A DNA stretch of 64,000 nt from Octopus vulgaris (GCA_951406725.2 OX597835.1:42718001-42782000); one strand, 5' to 3'. Positions 1-13,414 are shown, numbered from the stretch's first letter. A program made the numbers and translations. Notes: generated from the sequence alone by a model not told the origin.

Positions 1-696
1 TAAGGGCCAGTTTCTTGGTTTCTGAGGTGTAAATATTCCCCACCTGGATGGGATAATGGTCCATCACATTGATTATACATTTTTGCCAGCTGAGTGGACT
101 GGAGCAATGTGAAATGAAGTGTTTTGCTCAAGAACACAATGCGTTGCCCAGTCCAGGAATCGAAACCACAATCTTACGATCATGCGTCCAACACTCCTAA
201 CCACTGAGCCACACACACCTCCACAAGACTGGAGAGGGAATTCAAGGAGTTAAAAGTAGGGTTCTGGCAAGAGTTAACACTTGAGTTGTTTTCTGTTCTG
301 CTAGGGTTCAGTTTATTAGTTAGGGACTACATAAAGGGCAATTTCTTTCGCAATTCATTTTTTTCAAAGCAAGTTTTGTTATACAATCTTTAAAATGTTT
401 CAGATGCTGTAATGGGGCGAGACTAGGGGCGAAAGGGGGGGGTACTGTCTTGAAGGAGTATTAGTCAAATGAACTGACACCCCAGTATTTAGTCTTTTTG
501 TTTTACATTTGGTACTTATTCTATCAGTTCCGTTTTGTTGAACCACTAAGTTATGGGGATATAAACAAACCAACACCAGTTGTCAAGTGGTAGGGAGACT
601 AACAATAAACAAAAAAAACACACACACATACATATGTGTGTGTGTGTGTGTGTGTGCATGCATGTGTGTATACATTTCATGACGGCCTGTGCCCAC

Positions 697-1140
697 ATAT
701 CATCATCATCATCATCATCATCGTTTAACGTCCGCTTTCCATGCTGGCATGGGTTGGACGATTTTGACTGAGGGCTGGCGAACCAGATGGCTGCACCAGG
801 CTCCAGTCTTGATCTGGCAGAGTTTCTACAGCTGGATGCCCTTCCTAATGCCAACCACTCCGAGAGTGTAGTGGGTGCTTTTTACATGCCATCGGCACGG
901 GGGCCAGTCAGGCGGCACTGGCAATGACCTCGCTTGAATCTTTTTACATGTGCCACCGGCACAGGTGCCAGTGAAGCGACGTTGGTGACGATCACACTCG
1001 AATGATGCCCTTTTATGTGCCATGGGTACAGAAACCAGTTGGCTGCTCTGGTAACGATCACACTCGGATGGTGCTCTTCGCACCCTACTAGCACAGGCAC
1101 AAGTGCCAGTAAGGTAACGCTGGTAACGATCATACTCGAA
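697..1140 (-). mobile_element. RTE-LINE 3'UTR-derived repeat ending in (GAT)n; similar copies at about 1310-1525, 2265-2509, 10907-11123, 25634-25940, 30953-31292, 40648-40980, 44240-44805, 46915-47015
   Basis: Same sequence as the 3'UTR of the RTE fragment at 38215-39603 (ggcacgtaaaaagcacc...ggaagggcatccagctgtagaaac...gttaaacgatgatgat). Confidence 0.8.
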
Positions 1141-1153
1141 TAGCCTCTCTGTC

Positions 1154-1189
<36 letters not shown>

Positions 1190-1220
1190 ATATACATATG
1201 TATATATGCATATATATGTA

Positions 1221-1263
<43 letters not shown>

Positions 1264-1881
1264 ATATATGTATGTATGAATGTGTTTATATATATATATA
1301 TATATATATGGCCAGCTCTGTCTGGCACCAGTGCGGGTGGCACGTAAAAAGCACCCACTACACTCACGGAGTGGTTGGCGTTAGGAAGGGCATCCAGCCG
1401 TAGAAACACTGCCAGATTTGACTGGGCCTGATGAAGCCTTCTGGCTTCACAGACCCCAGTAGAACGTCCAACCCATGCTAGCATGGAAAACGGACGCTAA
1501 ACGATGATGATGATGATGATGATGATATATATATATATATATATATATTATCATCTTCATCAGTTAACATCTGTTTTCCATGCTGGCATGGGTTGGATGG
1601 TTTGGTAGGAACTGGTTAGGCAGAAGACTGCACCACACTTCACTGTCTGTTTTGGCAGGGTTTCTACAGCTGGATGCCCTTCCTAATGCGAAGGACTTTA
1701 CAGTGTATACCAGGTGCTTTTTACATGGCACCAGCACCGGTGAGGTCACCAAATAACTTGCAAGAAAAAGATCCTTCAGCTGAGAAAAGAAGTGTTATTG
1801 AGGGACTGTGCTCTATGTCAGGTGATGGAGAGACAAAACCGGGTGTTTTGCTGTAGAGGAGATACATGGATACTCCAGCTG

Positions 1882-1914
<33 letters not shown>

Positions 1915-2458
1915 GGAGAGAGAGAGGGGGTGGAGAGAGGGAGAGAGAGAATGAGAGAGCAAGAGAGATGTTGGTGATATTCTGGTCGTACTCTCAAGGT
2001 ATGAGGTGAATGTAAATGGAGTGGTACAGAATACTGGACAGGGTGAATGAGAAGGGAACCTGAGCTATTTCTGTCCCTTTCACCATATCTCTCCAATCCT
2101 GTTCATTACACCCTACATTCCTCTCCACCCCCCATTTCCTGCCGTCTATTACTCTCCAATCACCCTCTTGTAACCACCCTAACCCTCATGCTTTCCTCTC
2201 CTGATCCACTGTCCATACCATCTCTTGCCACCCCATCATCATCCTCAGCATTTTTTTAATGCCCTGCCAGCCTCTCCTGGCACCTGTGCCAGTGGCACGT
2301 AAAAAGCTCCCATTACACTCACAGAGTGGTTGGCGTTAGGAAGGGCATCCAGCTGTAGAAACACTGCCAGATCAGACTGGACCTGGTGCAGTCTCCTGGC
2401 TTCCCAGACCCCAGTCGAACTGTCCAACCCATGCTAGCATGGAAAGCGGATGTTATAC

Positions 2459-2510
<52 letters not shown>

Positions 2511-3289
2511 GTCCATGCTGGCATGGGTTGGACAGTTTGACCAGGGTTGGCAAGCTGGAATGCGGCAACAGATTCCAGTCTGATTTCGCATGGTTTCTAA
2601 GGCTGGATGCCCTTCCTAATGCCAACCACCCAAGAGTGTTATGGGTGCATTTACATGCCAATGCATGGCTCAGTGGTTAGAGCATTGGGCTCACAATCAT
2701 GAGGTAATGAGTTTAATTCCCCGACCAGGCTGTGCGTTGTGTTCTTGAGCAAGACACTTTATTTCATGTTGCTCCAGTTCACTCACCTGATGAAATGAGC
2801 TGCAATGTCACTGGTGCCAAGCTGTATCGGCCCCTTTACCTTTCCTTTGGATAACATCGGTGCCATGGTGAGGGAGAGGCTGGTATGCATGGGCGACTGC
2901 TGGTCTTCCATAAGCAGCCTTGCCCAGACTTACGCTTTCGAGGGGAACATTCTAGGAGCAATCCCATGCTCATTGTTGACTGAAGGGGGTCTTTACCCTT
3001 ATCCTTTACCCTATGCATCTTTTCTATAGCAAGACATGTCTGTTTGTCCCTAGTATAAAGTCACCTCTCCACTCTCTCAACTACTTCCCCCCCCCCCCAC
3101 TTACTCAAGAGAGATTTTTGCTTTTCTTTGTTCTTTCCTGTTTTGCAAATTACTTGGGAACCACACAAGTGGTGATGACACAAGTGGTGATGACATGATA
3201 AAAGTCCGCAATACACACTGGAAAGTCAGCAGCATTAGGAACGGTAGTCGTCCATAGAAACCATTGCAAAACTGACATTGCATAAGTTC

Positions 3290-4463
3290 AAAATTAGCAT
3301 TTTAAAAGTCATAAATTAGTGCTGTAAACGCATGGTATTAGTATCACAAATGTATTAAATTAGTGTCATAAATGTGTCATGTTAGTGCTACAACAGTAGT
3401 AAATCAGTATCATAAAATATTATATTAGTACCAATAAGTACCAAATTAGTATCATAAAAGTGCCAGATTAGTTCCAAAAAGTACCTAACTAGTGTCATAA
3501 AAATGTTATGCTAGTACCAATAAGTACCAAATTAGTGTCATAAAAGTGCCAGATTAGTTCTGAAAAGTACCAACTAGTGTCATAAAAATGTTATGTTAGA
3601 CCCAATAAGTACCAAATTAGTGTCTCAAAAGTGCCAGATTAGTTCCAAAAAGTACCTAACTAGTGTTATAAAAATGTTATGTTAGTACCAATAAGTACAA
3701 AATTAGTGTCATAAAAGTGCCTGATTAGTTCCAAAAAGTACCTAACTAGTGTCATAAAAATGTTATGTTAGTACCAATAAGTACCAAATTAGTGTCATAA
3801 AAGTGCCTGATTAGTTCCAAAAAGTACCTAACTAGTGTTATAAAAAATGTTATGTTAGTACCAATAAGTACCAAATTAGTGTCATAAAAGTGCCAGATTA
3901 GTTCCAAAAAGTACCTAACTAGTGTCATAAAAATGTTATGTTAGTACCTAAAGTACCAAATTAGTGTCGCAAAAGTGCCAGATTAGTTCCAAAAAGTACC
4001 TAACTAGTGTCATAAAAATGTTATGTTAGTACCAATAAGTACCAAATTAGTGTCATAAAAGTGCCAGATTAGTTCCAAAAAGTACCTAACTAGTGTCATA
4101 AAAATGTTATGTTAGTACCAATAAGTACCAAATTAGTGTCATAAAAGTGCCAGATTAGTTCCAAAAAGTACCTAACTAGTGTCATAAAAATGTTATGTTA
4201 GTACCAATAAGTACCAAATTAGTGTCGTAAAAGTGCCAGATTAGTTCCAAAAAGTACCAGATTAGTTCCAAAAAGTACCTAACTAGTGTCATAAAAATGT
4301 TATGTTAGTACCTATAAGTACCAAATTAGTGTCATAAAAGTGCCAGATTAGTTCCAAAAAGTACCAGATTAGTTCTGGAAAGTACCTAACTAGTGTCATA
4401 AAAATGTTATGTTTGTACTAATAAGTACCAAATTAGTGTTATAAAAGTGCCAGATTAGTGTCA
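3290..4463. repeat. Tandem satellite with an 86-bp period built from four ~21-22-bp sub-repeats, about 12 copies
   Basis: gtaccaataagtacc recurs at 4115 and 4201; sub-units all start [tc]tagt. Confidence 0.95.
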
Positions 4464-4476
4464 TTGAAGAACTCAC

Positions 4477-4548
4477 CAAAGATTCCTCAGATGGTTCTAA
4501 CTCTTCATCAAGATTTTCAGTTGATTTCTTCTCAAGTGGTTCTTTTAA
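4477..4548 (-). CDS. Host gene exon 18: LKEPLEKKSTENLDEELEPSEESL (gene continues; next exon not found in window)
   Basis: ttcttcag acceptor, TTG|GTGAGT donor, 72 nt, phase 0/0. Confidence 0.85.
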
Positions 4549-4739
4549 CTGAAGAATTAAAAGAAAAATGGAGAATGGTGCATTTGCAATGAATTGCAGA
4601 TTAGCAAGTAACTGTACTTTAGCAGATGGTGGTGCAACAACAGATGCATGTGCACTGACAGATTATGTTGCACCAACGTGCAATGGTGCACAGTGCATAA
4701 GCGAATATGCAGGCCATGGCATCATTACAATGGTAACTG

Positions 4740-5370
4740 AAGGAGAAAGAGGGGTTGTGGTAGGAGGAGGAGGAGAGAAGGATATAACAGAAAGAAAGAG
4801 GAGAGGGAGGAAGAGGAAGAGGAGAGGGAGGAAGAGGAAGAGGAGGGGAGGAAGATGAGAAAAGGATTATAAGAGAAAGAGGAAAAATAAGAAAACGGAG
4901 GAAGAGGAAGAGAAGAAGGTGGAGGCAAAAATGATGAAGAGAAGGAAAAGGAGGAGAAAAAGGAAAAGGCAGAAGAGGAAAAGGAGGAGGTGGAGGAGGG
5001 GGTAAATGCAGAAGAGGGAAAGGAGGACAACAACAAGGAAGAGGAAGGAGGGAGGGGAGAAGGAGGAGAAGGGGAGGAAGATGAGGAGGAGGTGGAAGAG
5101 GAAGGAGGAGAAGAAGAAGAAGAAGAAGAAGAAGAAGAAGAAGAAGAAGAAGAAGAAGAAGAAGAAGAAGAGTATAGCAGCAGGAGGGTGAGAATGAGAT
5201 GGAGTGGAAAGGTATGTGACAGCTAGCTCCGCCTGTGAAGGGCAGTTAACTCTAACTCTTCTATTTCAGTATCCATTGGAGTAACAGAGGACATGATGAT
5301 GATGATGTTGATGATGATGATGTTGATGATGATGATGTTGATGATGATGATGATGAGGAGGAAGAGGATT
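4740..5370. repeat. GA-rich low complexity, (GAA)n and (GAT)n
   Basis: Direct inspection. Confidence 0.9.
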
Positions 5371-5393
5371 AATCCAAAGACTCAGTCACTTAC

Positions 5394-5441
5394 CACATAT
5401 GTTTCAGAAGGAAACTTCTTAAGTTCTGGTTTCTTTTCTCT
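5394..5441 (-). CDS. Host gene exon 17: REKKPELKKFPSETYV
   Basis: tttctttctag acceptor, GTG|GTAAGT donor, 48 nt, phase 0/0. Confidence 0.85.
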
Positions 5442-6493
5442 CTAGAAAGAAACAGAAGATTTGCAATTAATATTTCTTAATTCCTAAGAAAAACAATTAT
5501 CAAGTCTTAATTAGCGGCTCCTGAAGAAAACAATAAACGAAGAAGTTAAACAAGGTTTAATAAATCTGTAATTATCTTCTTTTTTTTTTAATCTTTTTAC
5601 TTGTTACAGTCATTAGACTGTGGCTATGCTGGGGCACCACCTTGAAGAACTTTTATTGAACTCTTTTGCCGAACAGCTAGGTTATGGGGATGTAAATACA
5701 CCAACACCGGTTGTCAAGCAGTGGGGGACAAACACAAAGACACACACACACACATATATAAAGGACAGGCTTCTTTCAGTTTTTGGTTATCAAACTCACC
5801 TGCAAGTTTATGGTTGGTCCAAGGTTATAGGAGAAGATACATAGACAAGGTGCTATGCTGTGAGACTGAACCTGGAACCATATAGTTGGGAAACAGGTGC
5901 CAGGGAAGTGACGTTGGTAATGGTCACGCTTGAATGGTGCCCTTTTATGTGCCAGTTGGCTGCTCTGGCAACGATCACGCTCAGATGGTGTTCTTGGCAT
6001 ACGTTTGTTAAAATTTCCATCCAAGCAACAGTGTATGGTAGGTAGATATCACAACAACATATGGCAGACAGCGAAGGTGTGTGACCTAAGGGTTTGAATG
6101 TTGGGCTCGTGATCATGGGATCATGGTTTTGATTCTCAGATCGGCTGTGCATTGTACTCTTGAGCAAGACACTTCATTTCAAATTACTGCACTCAGCTGT
6201 AAATGTGACGGATTGGTGTAGAAATGTAAGATGGTGATTCAGGGAGAATCCCCCAGACAGAGTCCTAATGACCCACATTTTGTGCTCAACAATCAAAGGA
6301 AGGAACACTGCAACCTGTACTGTGAACCCTTGAGATTGGTTGTTCAACCAAGTTGTAGGTTGAGTGGTTGACTGATCGTAGACAGACGTTGCAGCAATAT
6401 ATGGTAGACAGACATTACAACAATGCATTCAATGTATGGTAGACTGACATCAAAAACAAAAGATTGTATGGAATGCTATAATTGTTTACTCAC

Positions 6494-6544
6494 AGCGGCA
6501 ATGCTTCTTCTTTGGAAAACGAAATCCCTCACATATTCTGGGTC
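6494..6544 (-). CDS. Host gene exon 16: DPEYVRDFVFQRRSIAA
   Basis: ctccttccttag acceptor, GCT|GTGAGT donor, 51 nt, phase 0/0. Confidence 0.82.
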
Positions 6545-6589
6545 CTAAGGAAGGAGAAAGTAACAATTATGTTATAATTATTTTGTCAA

Positions 6590-7410
6590 ACTGTAAAACA
6601 ACAACAGACCATCTTGTTTTAGGATGTCCTGAGCTTACACTAAATGATATGTAAATTGCAATGTTAGAGTATGATAATATTCACATTCGAAAATAATGTA
6701 AGCACTACCAAATTGATATTCCTGCTCGTATCTGGCATGAACAGCCTCCGGAGCCAGTGGCTGAAGGCAAGAACGCCATCATCCTCTGGAAGTTTTCTAT
6801 CAACATTCACAGATCAATCTAGGTTACCTAACCCAACATTACCATTAAAGACAAGAAAAATGTACTTGTAGACTAATAAGTGTCCCTTCTGAAAATAATA
6901 TATTTGCCGAGGAATTTGACAAACTGAGTAAATACAAGGATCTAGAAATTGAAATATAAAAGATGTGGTATCTTTTGCTATTGATAAAATAAAAGGGATG
7001 CCAGAAACACCTAAATAATATCCCAGGAGACCCATCTCACACAGAAATCCAAAAGATTGTATTGACAAGTTCCACCCACATCCTTAGAAAAAGCCTCTCA
7101 ACTTGAATTAAATTTTGTGTACTATAGTATTCGTGTATTGTTGTAAGTTATATATAAATGAAATTCAATTCAAATTAATGTCAAATAATCAATTAAATTA
7201 TAATTTATTTAGTTATTTATTACATTTTATTCTATCTTTTTATCTATGATTATACGTAAATTTTGTTTTGTTGTCAGAATGTATTTCTGTACTGTTCTCC
7301 CCTCTTTCTCTCTTCAAACTTTCAATTGCATTTAAGCATCATTCAATTTTCACTTACCCTAGGTCTCTGGGTGTGACTTAGCAAGTGATTGCATCAAACA
7401 TGCAGATTAA
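6590..7410 (+). mobile_element. Decayed R4/Dong-type (RLE endonuclease) LINE 3' fragment
   Basis: Degenerate version of 7505-8252 (KYKDLEIEI, EIQKIVL remnants); ends at (TAA/GAT)n. Confidence 0.65.
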
Positions 7411-7432
7411 GATAATAATGATGATGATGATG

Positions 7433-7488
<56 letters not shown>

Positions 7489-7504
7489 TAATAATAATAA
7501 TAAT

Positions 7505-8252
7505 ACACATGTCGTGTATGTCAACAACAAAATGAAACCATTGATCATGTTGTCTCCAAGTGCAGTCTTCTTGTGCCTACAGAGTATCTCAACAGGCATG
7601 ATAGAGCTGCACAATATATTCACTGGGTAATTTGCAAAAGCCTGGACTTGCCCCATGATAAATACTGGTGGGAACACAAACCACCTCCAGTGCTTGAAAA
7701 TGACCACATCTCACTCCTCTGGAACTTCACCATTCAAACTGACAGAAAGATAGATGCAAATAGGCCAGACATCATATTGAAAGACTTCAGACAAAAAACA
7801 TGCCTCCTCATTGATATGACTGTCCAATCGATATAAACGTATCTGTCAAGACCTACCAGAAACTGAGCAAATATAAAGATCTGGAAATAGAAATCAGCAA
7901 AATGTGGAACCTGAAGACTAAAACAATACCTATTGTCATAGGTGCCCTGAGAATGATAGCAAAAGAGGCTGATTGCTACCTAACTCAGATACCAGGAAAC
8001 CCCAAAATGGCAGAAATTCAAAAGAAACTGCTCATATCCTACGCAAAATACTTTCTATGTAATCTCAAGTTTTAAAACAAACATAATTTTCATATGGTTT
8101 TTAGGCATTCACTAGTACAACACTAAGTACAAAACCAAATATATGGCACCCTAGGCATAACACCAACATGAACTTCCAACTTGTTGTCTCTTGAGGTCTC
8201 TGGGTGAGACTTGGAGCCAACTTGTACAAATGCAAAGCAAAAGTCAAGCATA
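7505..8252 (+). mobile_element. R4/Dong-clade non-LTR retrotransposon 3' fragment (CCHC + restriction-like endonuclease)
   Basis: CRVC..ETIDHVVS.C, RHD, LWNFTIQTDRKIDANRPDI, CLLIDM, KYKDLEIEI; flanked by (TAA)n, the known Dong target. Confidence 0.85.
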
Positions 8253-8329
8253 TAATAATAATAAGACACTGTTACGAAGGAATGATAATAATAATAATAA
8301 TAATAATAATAATAGTGGATTGCTTATCT

Positions 8330-9812
8330 TCACAACTATTCGTATTGACCATAATACTGCTCCGTTTGGTATTATGAGGAGTCAAAATAGCTTATGATTT
8401 GGGAAAAGGGTTTGGACAGACAAATCATCTCCTTTTTACAGATGATGTAAAACTTTATGTGAAAAATGAGAAGCAGCCTGAAAGTCTGGTACATTCTGTC
8501 CACATCTTCTCAAATGATTCTGGTATTCAGGATTGAAAAGTGTTGAGAATGAAAGGAGGAAGATTTGAAGGAAGCCAGGGAACTGAGATGCCAAATGAGC
8601 AAACAATGAAATCGGTTAAGAAAGGACAGTGGTATAAGTATTTGAGAATAGTGGAGGCAGATAAAATATGAGGGGATGAAGCAAATTGGACATACAGAGT
8701 ATACAAGGAGAGGGAGAAAAATATTGCAGTCAAAGATGAAGTCAAAAACGTTATTGAAGCAATAAATGCAAGAGCAGTTCTGGTAATTAAATGTGGAGTT
8801 GTACTAAAGAACAAGTGATAAATGGCGGTGCCCCAGCATGGCCACAGCTCATTAGCTGAAACTGGAAAAATAAAAAAAAAATCATATATTGTATGGAATA
8901 GAAGAAAAGGACAAGAATGAAATTCCAAGAGATTGCTGAGAAACCATTCCATGGTTAGTTTTCAAAACCACTGAGGATGTAGTGAAATAAAAACCTGGGC
9001 TTGGTTGATAAAAATGGTAATTGGAAAAAGAAACAGAGAACCTTATTATAGCAGCTCAAGATCAAGCACTACTAACAAACAACTTGAGAAAATATGTGCA
9101 TGGGGAGAAGGTGTAATCAGAATGTAGAGTATGGGAAATTAGGAATGAAACAATAGCAAACATTGTTGCAGAATGCTCCAAGTTGGCCTGAAGAGGATAT
9201 AAAGAAAAGTGGCATGACCAAATTGTGAAAGTTGTGCAATAGAAGATTTGTCAGAGATGGGTGTTTGAAGCTGGAGACACTAGGTATAATCACTGGGTTG
9301 AAAGAGTACGTGAATCATGAAAATACAAGCTTTTATAAGATTTTCCATTTCAAACGGATAAGAAGATAGAAAATAATAAACCAAATATAATAATAATTGA
9401 CAACGAAAATCTAAGTTGCTTACTGATTGACCCATCATGTCTGTTTCATTCCAGGATTGTAAAGAAAGAAGACGAAAAAATTTTTAAATGAATACAATCC
9501 CTTAAAATTTGAAATGGCAAGAATTTGGAATATGAAAATTATAAATGTTGTGCTTGTAATAATTAGTACATAAAGGATTGTGAGTAATGATATAGATTGA
9601 AGGAGTTTGGAATGGAATATCTTGTAAAGCTTCTACAGAAAGTTTGCCTCTTAGGAACGGGGAAAAACATCGGAAGGGTTTTGAGCTCTTCGAGGCTTAT
9701 TGAAATCATGTGGATAGCTACGGTTATGGTAACTCACCACCCACATAAATTCTACCAGGAATAAGAGAATAAGACCAACCCCAAGTCAAGTCAACCAATA
9801 GCAATAATAATA
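8330..9812 (+). mobile_element. Old R4/Dong-type LINE fragment (RT C-terminus to RLE), many stops
   Basis: DD-like RT remnant, YKYL, ETE..IIAAQDQAL, FQTDKKIENNKP remnants; (TAA)n at both ends. Confidence 0.7.
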
Positions 9813-10077
9813 ATTTAATATTTGATGTGAAGGCTTGACATAATTAATAAAAGACATTCCAGTTGTGTGAATGGTATTTTAATCTATTGAACCCAAAATT
9901 CAGCACAGGTAGGGTTTGAACTCAGAACATAAAGAGTTAAAAGGCTATAATTAAATACTTCACCAATCCACCATATTAGACTCAAATTATAATTATTGCT
10001 CCATCAAAATTAATGAAGCGAGGAATGAACAAGGTTGAATTATATGTGATTAGAGTTTAATTAAAATATATTTTTAC

Positions 10078-10113
10078 CTGAAGTTTCTTTTTCTCTCTCT
10101 TCTTAAAAGTCAG
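10078..10113 (-). CDS. Host gene exon 15: LTFKKREKKKLQ
   Basis: poly-T + TAG acceptor, CAG|GTAAAA donor, 36 nt, open only in phase 0. Confidence 0.8.
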
Positions 10114-10654
10114 CTAAAAAAAGAAAAAAAAGAACATTGTAGAATTGTCCAGTTGAAAGAGCAGAGAAGAAGCTCTCAAAGAAGTTGAGGATTTAAAAAC
10201 AAAAAATTGGTAAAAATTATAACGGAAGATGTGACTTCAAAGCAAGGAAAGCAAATGTGTTGCAAGAAAACCACTGAAGCTTCAGCAAAACCAAACTACT
10301 GTCGTCCTTGTCATTGTCATCACGGTTGCCACCATCGTCATCATTGTCATCACCATCATCTCGTCTTCACTGTAGCTGCCACCACCACCACCACAACTGT
10401 TGCCATCATCATCATCATCATCATCATCAACACCATCATTGTTTTAACATCTACTTTTCCATGCTTGATTGAATCAGACAGAATTTCTTGAAGCAGCCAT
10501 TCTATGGCGAGATAGCTTCCTTCCTGCCAACAAATCTCTTTTTTTTTTTTCCAAATAAAATAAAATTTTCCCTTGTCCAGACATGTTTTCTAATGTTCTT
10601 TATGTAAGATTGGAAACAAACAACATTACTTGTAACATTATGACAAGGCAAGGT

Positions 10655-10687
<33 letters not shown>

Positions 10688-10876
10688 CAAAACACTTTGA
10701 TTCAAATTCATTGGTACTCCAAGTTTGAAGAGTGATGCTAGTCTTCAGCCATTCTAAATTTGAATGAAAGATGCTGACTCGGAGTACCAATGAATTTTAA
10801 TCTAACTGATTTGATCCATTCATGTAACCCCTAATGAATCTGTTGCGTGCCCTTCTTTTGTTTGTCCATTCACTCG

Positions 10877-10907
<31 letters not shown>

Positions 10908-11140
10908 CATCATCATCATCATCATTTAGTGTCCGCTTTCCATGCTGGCATGGGTTGGATGGTTCAACTGGGGTCTGGGAAGCCAGAAGGCTGCACCAGG
11001 CCCAGTCTGATCTGGCAGAGTTTCTACAGCTGGATGCCCTTCCTAACGCCAACCACTCCGTGAGTGTAGTGGGTGCTTTTTACGTGCCACCCGCACAGGT
11101 GCCAGACGGAGCTGGCAAACGGCCTTGTATGTGATGTGTG

Positions 11141-11174
<34 letters not shown>

Positions 11175-11490
11175 TTTTGCATCCTCAGGAACAAACTTCC
11201 AAAAAACCTACAACACAGCTTCCATAAGAAGCATCACATCACTATCATAATAATAATAATAAAACAATGTATATATATATATATATATAATAGAAATATG
11301 TTACAAAAAGAAAATAGAAGCTACACGTGGAAATGTAAGGGGAAAGTAAGAAGAAAAATAAGCGAAAATGCACATTGGACATAAAAAAAAGTAAAGGATT
11401 TTTATGAAAAGTAACGATAGATATATACAATTAGATGAACTGAGGTAGGAATAAAAGTAATAAAAGTCATTATTGTGAATTGTTAGAGAG

Positions 11491-11538
11491 ATTCAAAAGC
11501 ATACCGGTTTCATAAAATTACTAATCACTGCTTTGAAT
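11491..11538 (-). ncRNA. Degenerate type I hammerhead ribozyme motif
   Basis: attcaaagca-GTGATTA-gtaattttat-GAAA-CCGG-TA-tgcttttgaat; palindromic stem III, two core mismatches. Confidence 0.45.
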
Positions 11539-12422
11539 GCGCAATGTATGTATGTATGTATACATATATATTTTTATAAACGAATTTGGATAATTGTATC
11601 AAACAATTGGACACCAATAAATGCAAGCAGAATACAGTTCCAAGATAATTCCTCATGTAAGACAAGTAGATCCAAATATCATATGGAAGAATTTCAAGAA
11701 ATTTAGAGTATTAGAAAACAAAAATATGTATAGAGAAAATCACATCTTTAATTATAGAACCCACCATACAATGCCAATGGTTGTTTCTGTTGTATCAAAA
11801 TATTTAGATACAGAAGATGTCTTGCAAACAACTTGCACATGCAAGTGCTACCAGTTAAAAGCTCTGTATACCGGAAGCTAGCAAGTGTATGGGGTCATCA
11901 GGAGATGACCGTTTCGGGGCCTACCTCTCGATGGCATCAATGCGCACCAGCCCCCTCACTGATATGAAGCCCCGCTTGCTAGATCAGCTGGTTATGAAGA
12001 ACTCAATATACTTCTAGCCATCGCTCATCGTCTCTTTTTGAGACAAAGGCCACATTTAGAATTGCCAATATTGTACACTGGTATGTAACTAATAGTAGAC
12101 CACTTTTAACCATTCTTAATGTTCCTGTCTTTTAAATCACAAATGCATTTACAAAGATTTGTAGAATTACTTTTTCTTCTTTACTTAAAAGAATGGGAAT
12201 GATTATGAAATCTAGATTTCCAAATTTTCGCAGATGAACCTCTGTAATAATACTTATGATCCCTTGTGTAGTGGGTGCTTTTTACGTGCCAGGGGAGGCT
12301 GGCAGCGGCCACGATCGGTTGGTGCTTTTTACGTGCCACCCGCACAGAAGCCAGTCAAGGCAGCGCTGGCATCGGCCACGTTCGGATGGTGCTTTTTACG
12401 TGCCACCAGCACAGGTATATAC

Positions 12423-12943
12423 AGATAAGGAAATAGTTTTATTCTCAAACACTTGATAATGCTAATGATATAGCATGAACAGAATAAACTATCCAGATTT
12501 TGCAGAAAAATCTGTCAGCAACCAGCCATGTGACTCAAAATAGTTTATCCTGTTCATTCAACATTATTAACCCTTATCCTGCATTTGAGAATGAAACTAT
12601 TTCCTTATCTCTATCTTTCGATATATCTCAATGCTTCTAAAGTAAACTTTGTTTCTTGGCTTTCAACGTAAGTTGAATTTAACATACGATAACATCTTAT
12701 AAAGTGAGATTTATATCTCCTAAATTTGCAGAAGAATTTGTCACTGGGGTGGTTTAGCTTAATGGTAAAGTACTTGATGTGTAATCACAGGGATGTGAGT
12801 TCCAGTCTCATGGCTGGTTGCAGACAGATTTTTCTGCAAAATATGGAGAGTTTATCCTGTTCATGCTATATTATTAGCACTATCCTGCATTTGAGAATAA
12901 AATTATTTCCTTGTCTCTATCTTTCGATACATATCAAAGTAAG

Positions 12944-12950
<7 letters not shown>
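12423..12950. mobile_element. Fold-back/partial-tandem element with an internal tRNA-like segment (12747-12820), abutting (TA)n
   Basis: 12423-12535 is the reverse complement of 12808-12920; 12541-12625 is a direct repeat of 12850-12935; A-box tagcttaatggt and B-box-like gagttccagtctc. Confidence 0.6.
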
Positions 12951-12992
<42 letters not shown>

Positions 12993-13014
12993 CGTGTATA
13001 TATATATGTATATA

Positions 13015-13414
13015 TATATATAAAACTGAAGTTGTGTGGTGTCTGTCTCCTATGATTTAGATTCCTAACTACTCCCACATTTTGCGGTGCAGTTTAACCA
13101 AAAGTGGGTATCTTATAGTCGTGATTCATATCGAGCCCTTCTGGGTATTAGCGCATGTCTACGATGAGTCTACGATTTTAAAAAAATTTATCATCATTTT
13201 TTTTCCATTTTTAATGTATTTTTTTTGCTATTATATAAGGGAAGTAACTCTCTAAAAATGTCTACGATGAGTCTACGATTTAAAAAAAAATTACCATAAT
13301 TTTTTTCCATTTTTAATGCATTTTTTTGCTATTATATAAGGGAAGTAACTCTCTAAAAATGCTTATATAGTTATTTCCCTTACAAACCCGAGCAATGCCG
13401 GGCGATACTGCTAG
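13015..13414 (+). mobile_element. Non-autonomous Helitron-like element with a ~104-bp internal duplication
   Basis: 3' GC hairpin cccgagcaatgccggg followed by CTAG|T; no TSD seen; same terminus reversed at 63912. Confidence 0.7.

Noticed and set aside
546-1484. The many [16 protein letters not shown] ORFs here and throughout the window
   Set aside because: Translations of microsatellites and SINEs
11890-11990. Hammerhead at GAAACGGTC...CTGATGA (minus strand)
   Set aside because: Core halves present, but I could not form consistent stems
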